Shown here: one piece after another, positions 54,951-64,000 of the stretch
Numbering within the stretch: position 1 is the first letter of the stretch
Layout of the letters: each line of letters starts with the position of its first letter
Assembly (NCBI RefSeq): GCF_009914755.1
Contig: NC_060941.1
DNA from: the human T2T-CHM13v2.0 reference genome, Homo sapiens
Length of the DNA stretch: 64,000 nt
Direction: 5' to 3' (one strand)
The notes under the pieces: generated by a model
Told to the model about the DNA's origin: nothing
The model's input: only the letters and a program-made list of their open reading frames with translations
The model's database searches: none
Translations under genes and position numbers: made by a program

Positions 54951-55401
54951 AGCAAGCTTTCTTCTAAAGAGAGCAAAAACTTTTTAACATTAAAAAATTA
55001 AAAGTTTTCTCTTCCAAAATTGTACACATCAGTAGAGATAAGTATCCAGCAGTGTTACATTGAAAGGGTCATGGATCTACTTCATGAGGGATTTTTTTTT
55101 TCAGGGTGATTTTTTTTTTCAGTTTGTTCTCCAAGCAAGAAATAACTCTCCAAACAAAAGGGAACTTAATTCTGAGGCATTACCGTAGCACATCAAACAT
55201 CAAAAACAGAGATAATATAAGATAGAATGCTCCAGATACACAGAAGAAAAAAATTAGATCTACAACTTTATGCACTTTCCCAGATAATGAGTCAAAAAGC
55301 GAGCTAGCAAGAAAGTCTGCCTTGGGAAACTGTTAATAAATGCAGAGTACTTAAAGAACAGACTTTGAGAATGTGTACAAGCAAACTTTAAGAATATTTT
55401 G

Positions 55402-55725
<324 letters not shown>

Positions 55726-56659
55726 TTATAACAGAGGCCTTGAATCAAAAAGAAGATGGTCCAGGAGTAATAGTAAGGGGTAAGAGAAGGGTAGGGGATG
55801 AGGAAAGGGAACCTGGAAGAAGAATCTAGATGAGACCAGAAGAGAGATGATTATTTACCCTCCCATGCAGATTAAATAGCATCTCCAGCTTCAAAGAACT
55901 GATGTGAGAATCCCAATAAACAACGTATATGGTTAATGTCTAAATAACTATATAGTAAAACTTACATTGTTGCCATTCCAGAATATTCTTTGGTCAAGCT
56001 TCAACTTAATACATCCTCTGTAAATATTTGTATATATTTGGGTTAATGGCAATGCACGTTACTACCACAGTTAAGACTTTGCTACTTTAAAAAATGTAAA
56101 ACTGACAAACACCTCCTCTTAAGAAAGGTTGATTCAATTTTTGTCTAGGTGTACTATAAATTATATGATAACTTCCCTGGCCATGATGTTTCATTTAGGG
56201 GTTTATTAGATACTCTAGCTAGTTGGAGAGAATTGCTTACTCTTATTCTTTTCTTCTGAAAGGTATATATAGTTTTTTGTAAGAACTGATCAACTTCTGA
56301 GCTGAACTGCTTTTCAGAAATGTTCATAGGAACCTCTATACATTTTAATGTTTATATTTTATCCACTTTAATAAGTCTAGGGGTCTTATCTGGATATTCA
56401 CATTGATGCTTTTCTTTATCATTTTGGCTGTGGATAGCATTTGTGTTTTGTTTTGTTTTTCTCTCCTTCAGGTTCCCATCATTTGTGTGTCTTTTTCCCC
56501 CTTTGCTGATAAAAATTAAGTACAACTCATGCTTCTACCCATGAGTCCTTCATTTTAAGCAAAATAAAATCTACAAGGAAAATCACGACTATATAAGATA
56601 TTCTGGTTTCAGTGAAACTAGACATTTACCAGATGTTGGGCACTTGAAGTCTTCCATCT

Positions 56660-56865
56660 GTAACATAGTGTGTCTTGATTTCAATTCTCACATCTGTTAC
56701 TTAGCTGAGTACTTATTCCTTCTATTCTTCAGTCAGCTCATCTCTTAAACAGAGATAAAAATAATACTTATCGCTAGGGTATTGGAGGAAATTAACTGAG
56801 TTAATGAGCTAGAGTGCTTAGAACAATGCCTACACACAGGAGAGTGCATTAAACGTGAGATATTA
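56660..56865 (+). mobile_element. MIR
   Basis: ctcatctcttaaacagagataaaataatac...gagttaatg...gtgcttagaacaatgcct. Confidence 0.65.
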
Positions 56866-58814
56866 CATAAATTGTTATAAAATAAATTCTATCACCATCT
56901 TACATTGACTGCAATGCTCTTTACCTCCTTCAATTGTTCTCCATTGTGCAAGCATCTTCAGCTTGTGGATTTCCAGAAGGCTTTGCATGACTTCCCACCG
57001 AGCAATGCTTTCCCCTTTCTTCTCCTCCAGTGGATTGTTTCAATTTAGACTATGGATACCATTATCTTGCAAACATAAAAACCCAACCCGCTAAGTCTCT
57101 TGATACCTGTGAGGCTATGTGTAATTTCATGAGTTAAAATACCAACTTTACTTTATGACTTAAATATACTCATATAAATAAGAGGTATCCAGTGTAAAAT
57201 CACTAACTACTGAAATCTATACTTAATTCATTAAGTATTCCTTAATGAGTCTTCAAATTGTTTTAGCTGAACTTAAAATTATATTTTAAAACACCTTTAT
57301 ACTTATAACAAAATACTAGGCAGTATAGGTTAATGCAAATTACTGTTCTCAGGTGTTGTCCCTTATTTGCTAGTATGTTTCTATATCATAGATTATACAT
57401 GTTGTTGCTGAAAGAGTAAAAATGCTTCCTTTAATTCAAATCCATTACCATCCTAACCTTTTAATGACTCTGCTTACATTTTAAATCTCTTTAAAAACAT
57501 TTCTACCATAATTAAGCAAAATGCTAGATTAATGACTGATTGCAAAGCAGCTGTGTCAAAAATAAACAGAACTTTGAATTCAACAAGCTTTTCTTTCTCC
57601 AAACTTTGCTGTGTACATAAACACACCCCATGTCCCCATATCCTCTTCATATTTCACACACGCGAAATTATTCCCAATTAGGTGTTTCTCTATTTGCCTT
57701 CTTTCTCATTAAAATCATCCCCAGAGTTTAGCCATCTTAATTCACTGCCCAGTCTAAAAGTTTTGCACTTCCAAGCTTCTACTCTTGAAGATTTTACATT
57801 TACAGCACACTGACTCAGTACACTTTGGAAACTCTGGTGAACAGCTCAGCCCAATGCTAGTCTTGATGCCTGGCCAACGGGCTTAAACAACAGACATAAA
57901 AGCTAAATCTGTACTTCCATTTAGTTATGAGGTTGCCAAGTTAGTTTTCCTGATACTGTACCTACAGTATATCCATCTCCCAATGTCTCAGACTCACTTC
58001 ATTAACTTTGTGACATCAGCCTCTGATGTTATGAACTCAATTTTGCTAATATAAATGATACAGTACTATATAGAAATTTAAGAGGTTGTAACATTAGAAG
58101 TCTCTTCAAGATTCCCATAACAGTTAAAGAACAAGGAACCAAAATTCCCAGAACCAATCCTTGCTGGGAAATAATTCCTTATATATAATCTTAAAGCTAC
58201 TCTCCCTCCCCCAAGCCCTCTGCTTCTGATTCCCACTTATGTTGCAAATACCTTTTAATGATAGAACAGGGAAATATATTGCGGTTTCACACTTTCGGGG
58301 ATTTTATGGTCACTTATTCCTAACTAGGAGATAGAGACACATAGCAGAAAATTTTGTTTTTTCTTTTTTAACTTAAACTGGTTTAGTATATTGTGCTCTT
58401 TGTTATATGGATATATTTAAGACATGACACTTCAAAGATCAACTAATAGAAGAATGCTTTCTTAATGACAAGCCTCTATATGCATATTACTTACCCTTTA
58501 TCGGGTTTATAAGCTCAGTCGCTAAATTGTTGTGACCAACTAATATAGAAGCTCCAATTTACCACCATGAATTTACATCATATCACAAAGAGCATGGACA
58601 CAAAATGCTGTATTGTTCCCGAGAAGTAAGGAATATTTGCCCAACATCAATTATACCTCAGAAAATGCACTTTACCTAAAAAAGCCAAATTTATGGAGAT
58701 TTACTTATATGATTCAAATCTCACTCTTCACATCTTCTCCTTTCTTCGAGCTTAACAGCCATCCCTAATCATGGCGTACGTTCGTTAATGCATACATAAG
58801 GAAAAGAATGCAAG

Positions 58815-59005
58815 CTGTGTTGTGAAGAAGTTAAGGCAACAGACTTTCTAAGTACAACTGCTGGCTTTACTAGTATTTGATGCACGTTCTTGAACAAGTT
58901 ACTTAGCAGCTCTGGGCCTTAAGTTCCCCTCTGTAAAATGGGAAAAATCATCCACATAGAGCTGTAATGGAACTTTAAATGACATAGTATATGTGAAGCA
59001 GTTAT
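58815..59005 (+). mobile_element. MIR
   Basis: cttgaacaagttacttagcagctctgggccttaagttcccctctgtaaaatggg. Confidence 0.75.
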
Positions 59006-59072
59006 AATAATTATAATTATAATAGTTGCCTAGTAAATTAAAAAAATTACACACACACACACCACACATATA

Positions 59073-59647
59073 CAGTCATATGCAGAATAATGATGTTTTG
59101 GTCAATGATGGACCATATATACAATGGTGGTTTCATAAGATTATGTTAGAGCTAAAAAATTCCAATCCCCTAGTGATGTTGTAGCCATCGTAACATCATA
59201 TTTTTATTTTTTGTGTAGCCTAAGTGTACAGTGCTTAAAAAGGCTACAGTAGTGTACTGTAATGTCCTACGCCTTCATATTCACTCACCACTCACTCACT
59301 GACTTCCTCAGAATAACTTTCAGTCTGGCAAGCTCTATCCATGGTAAGTAAGTAATTCTTTAAGTCTTTTATGCCATATTTAAATCTATTATGCCATCTT
59401 TTCTATGTTTAGATATACATATATTTATTTGCCATTGTGTTACAGATGCCTACAGTATTCAATACAGTAACATGCTATACAGGTTTGTAGCCCAGGAGCA
59501 ATATCCTTGGGTGAGCCATATAGCCTTGGTGAGCAGCATGCTGTACCACCTAGGTTTGTGTAAGTGCACTCTATGATGGTCATGCAATGATGAAATCACC
59601 TAACAATGCATCTCTTAGAAGTTTTCTCATTAATCAACACATGACTC
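59073..59647 (+). mobile_element. Tigger3 (Golem) internally deleted DNA transposon
   Basis: ta|cagtcatatgcagaataatgatgttttggtcaatgatggacc ... cacatgact termini; internal cactcaccactcactcactgac. Confidence 0.88.
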
Positions 59648-59879
59648 TCTCTCTCTCTCTCATTTCATATATACACACACACACAGACACATACAGACAC
59701 ACAAACACATACACATAACTAAGATGTCACATGTTCATTGCAGCACTATCACAATAGCCAAGCTATGGAAACTGCCGGAATGCTCATGGATTTTTAAAAA
59801 TGTCGAAAATACATTCAATGGATTAATCAGCCTAAAACAACAACAACAACAACAACAACAAGAAAATCCTACAAATGCA

Positions 59880-60249
59880 GGATGTGGTTTGGCTGTGTCG
59901 CCACCCAAATCTCATCTTGAACTATAGTTCTCATAATCTCCACATGTTGTAGGAGGGACCTGGTGGGAGGTAATTGAATCATGGGGGCGGTTACCTCCAT
60001 GCTGTTCTCATGATAGTGAGTGAGTTCTCACAAGATTTGATGGTTTTATAAGGGGCTTTTCCACCACTTCGCTCTGAACCTCTTCCTGCCACCATGTGAA
60101 GGATGTGTTTGCTTCTGCTCCTGCCATGATTGTAAGTTTCCTGAGGCCTCCCAGCCAAGCTAAACTGTGAGTCAATTAAACCTCTTTCCTTTATAAATTA
60201 CCCAGTCTTGAGTACGTCTTTATTAGCAGCGTGAGAATAGACTAATACA
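59880..60249 (+). mobile_element. THE1C/D solo LTR
   Basis: gatgtggtttggctgtgtcgccacccaaatctcatcttgaa...ccatgattgtaagtttcctgaggcctccc...gactaataca. Confidence 0.95.
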
Positions 60250-60481
60250 GGCAACAATATGAAGCTTGGGGGCATTATGCTAAGTCAAACAAGCAAGTCA
60301 TGCAAAGACTAATACTGCAGGATTCCACTTACATGAGGTATCAAAAATAGTCAAATTCATAGAAACAAAGAAGACAGTTGTGGTTGCCAGAGATTGGGGG
60401 CAGAGGGAAATGGAGAAACGTTAATCAAGGGATATATAGTGTCAGTCATGCAAGATGAATACATTCTAATGATCTGCTGTA

Positions 60482-61104
<623 letters not shown>

Positions 61105-61688
61105 TAGATTTAAAAATCTGTAAAGACTGTAGGTCTCATGTTGAGTGTTCTTACCACAATAAAAAAGAAAGGAAAAGAAAGAAAAGCATTTTCAGTTGAA
61201 TATTTACTGAATCATAACCATAAAGACGTAATTGCCCTTTAACATCTCTAATGTTAACATTGATCCAAATTTAAATTGATTTCTCCTGTGCCTTAACCTT
61301 CTAAATCAAATGCCTGTCTAGCTTCTGGAGTATGAGTATGATGCAGCATTTGTTGACACTGTATCAGTATTGTGGGGAAAGTAAAGACAGAGATAGCACT
61401 AATTATCATTAACCTTGGCCCAGGTCTTCAAATGACCTATGTGGTCTTAGGAAAGTCACACATCCTTCATTTTTATAAATTCTTAAAAAAAAAAAAAAAA
61501 AACAACTCTGCCGTAACTATCTCACCAGAACTTTTACATCCAAGTCTCAGTTCAAATGTCCCCTCTTCCGTGAAGACAAAGTGTTTCATGTTTTCCATTA
61601 CATTTGTAATGGAAACACTTAGAATGTTTCCAACATAGATCACTGTTTACATACTTATGCTATTTGCTGGCTTTAGAGAGTAAGACAT

Positions 61689-62103
61689 TTCTATGGTTTG
61701 AATGTCCCCTCCAAAAATCATGTTAAAATTTAATTGCCAATGTAACAGTATTAGGAGGCGGATCCTTTAAGAAATGATTAGGCCACGAGAGCTCTGCTGT
61801 CATGAGTGGATTAATGCCATCATTTCAGAAGTAGGTTAGTTATTGCGGGAGGGAGCTCCTAATAAAAGAAAAAGTTTGTCCCCGCCATTCCTTCTTTTCT
61901 CTCTCTCCTGCTCGCTCCCTCTGTCTCATGCTGGCTTTCACTTTCTGCCCTTTGCCATGGGATGACCTTGGCCATATGCTGGCACCATGCTCTTGGTTTT
62001 CCCAGCCTGTAGGAAAACAATCGTGAGCCAAATTCATTTCTAGTCTTTATAAATTACCCAGTCTGTGGTATTCTGTTATAGCAGCACAAAATGGACTAAG
62101 ACA
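61689..62103 (+). mobile_element. MSTC/MSTD-like MaLR solo LTR, probably inserted in an L2 relic
   Basis: ctatggtttgaatgtcccctccaaaa...aaattacccagtctgtggtattctgttatagcagcacaaaatggactaagaca. Confidence 0.88.
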
Positions 62104-64000
62104 GCAACTTCCTTTGTGTCTCCCGCAAGAGCCTATTAGATACTTGCTGAGTTGAATTAAACACTAAATGTGAAAGCATAGCATACTACAGCTATATTGA
62201 GTGGTGGTTGGGATTAAAATCTAGATTGTTGGGTTGATATTTTAGTGGAGCAAGTGTTTATCTTTGAATAACGATTCCAAATTCCCACATTTGGATGTGA
62301 ACATTTGGCTATCATTATTGATTCCTAGGTATTTTCCCATGCTATTTTTAGTGTCAAAAGATTAAAATGATACTTAAAAACAACAACAATAACAAAAAAA
62401 CTAATTATAAATGTCATCTTTTAAATCTACAATAGGGAAAAAGAATCTAAAATACCTTGGAATAAATGTTTACGTCTTACTACAACTATAACGCAATCAC
62501 CTTTTCTCCCATTCCCAATAGTTTCAAGCAAAAAATGTAATGGCCATGGGCTTTGGGCCTATCAGAACAAAGGCTTGAATTAAGCAAATAGATTGTTTCA
62601 AACAGCAGCATGACAGTAAAAAGATTAATGAGACACATCTTGGAAATGAATAGATAATAACATACTCTTTTCTCAGATTTCCCCTTGCCCCTCAAAATCG
62701 ATGAATCGCATTTACCCTCAATGCAACTAAATGGGAGAATTAAAAGTAGGGGAAAAAATATCAGTCACAGGTATTCTGCTTCTGGAAGGCCTCTAATTCT
62801 ATTTCCTGTTTGACATATTATTTTATTCCCATTTTCTCTAAATGTAATATAGTAACTTGCCATAATAAACGGTTCTCTAATTTGCCACTTTTGTGATTGG
62901 CATTTTCAGATTTTTCAAGGACGCTATTGGTCGTTCCTTCATATGTTGCAAAAATAAACGAAAAAACTGAACCACATGTCATTGTTGGGCGGAATTTTCT
63001 GAATTTGTCTTGAAGCCAAGAGAATTTATTTGACTGTCTGGGGAGTATCGAGGCAGATCTCTTGTTCTCAAACAGACACCAAAGTTGCTTGAACAAATGG
63101 TTCGCGTTAGCTGGAGAAAGACACTGAATGGAAACCATGTGCCTCTGAACCTTGTGGTTTCAAGTTGAACCACAAGCAGTGAGAAGAGCTGTCAGTCTCT
63201 AGTCTTGATTTCGGCCATACTCACGGGGAAGAGAAAAACTGTCAGTGCCACCTCTTATGTTGTCTTAATAAAGAGACCTGTGAGCTCGTGCAGTACAGAC
63301 TGTCTCTGGGTGAAGAGTAAGAGACAGAATCTCAAGAAGCTTCCAGTGGGATGTAATAAAGACACATGATTTTTCTCTATGGACATCCACACATGGTAAA
63401 GGTAGCAAATCAAGGCCTTTCTGAGGAGCAGAAACAACCCAGGGAGGCTAACGAACATAAAAATCTGGCATCCTCTTATAGCTATCATAAAAGTGAAGAA
63501 AAACATCCTAGAGGAATTAGCTTTGAGACCCAAGACGGTTAAGGTTGCTAGAACAGAAAAACAAGAAAGACAAATTTTTAAGTGTTACCATTTATCAAAC
63601 TCCAACAGCAATAAGGGAATGTTATAAAGGAATATTAAGTGCTATTTTGTATCACAATGGCAAAAGAATCGTTTAACTACATGTAAGTATGGCTTCCTCA
63701 ATGAATATAGGCATGCCTTCACCTAGCCATTTAGATGATGGAATCAGTTTCTGAAAAATGGAATAAGGTTTGATGTTGAGTTATCTAGCAACTAGAAGGA
63801 ATAGTGAAAACATTTTTTGCTTCCTCTTCTGTGCCTTCTATTAAAAACCTCTTTGCCTCAGACTGATTTACTTTAAGCAGCTAACACTTCTACCAGTTTG
63901 AAGAAAAGGATAAAGAATAAGAAATAAATTGTAACTATTTACTACAGTTAATATTAAACTTTCAAGTATTCTACAAATGTACAATACTGGTGCAGGATGT

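Noticed and set aside
59724-59927. ORF with a polyglutamine run
   Set aside because: (CAA)n microsatellite inside an L1 relic running into THE1; non-ATG-supported context and no exon signals

Overview
This is AT-rich, CpG-poor primate genomic DNA, human or great ape judging by an AluY and an L1PA3-like 3' end. It is intergenic or deep-intronic, with no credible protein-coding gene, tRNA, rRNA, CpG island or CRISPR array. Most of the longer ORFs in the track derive from Alu, L1, L2 or LTR sequence; the rest look like chance ORFs. Roughly half of the window is interspersed repeat: about 13 Alus, L1 pieces of many ages, MaLR/ERVL solo LTRs (MLT1, MLT2A2, MSTA, MSTC/D, THE1, LTR33), DNA transposons (MER103C, MER20, MER47, MER81, Tigger3, Ricksha) and MIR/L2/L3 relics. 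The L1s include an ~8.3 kb near-full-length ancient L1MD with five nested insertions and an inverted, twin-primed L1PA13-16. The most interesting items are modest: a clean 60-nt non-coding exon candidate on the minus strand just downstream of an MLT2A2 LTR, a THE1 LTR with intact DUX4 motif and splice donor, three fold-back (template-switch-like) hairpin insertions, a chimeric double ORF1/ORF2 junction in the L1MD, and two young insertions without target-site duplications (TSDs). I found no evidence of a novel biological system. Repeat and subfamily calls come from recalled consensus sequences, not a RepeatMasker run, and boundaries of old repeats are approximate.
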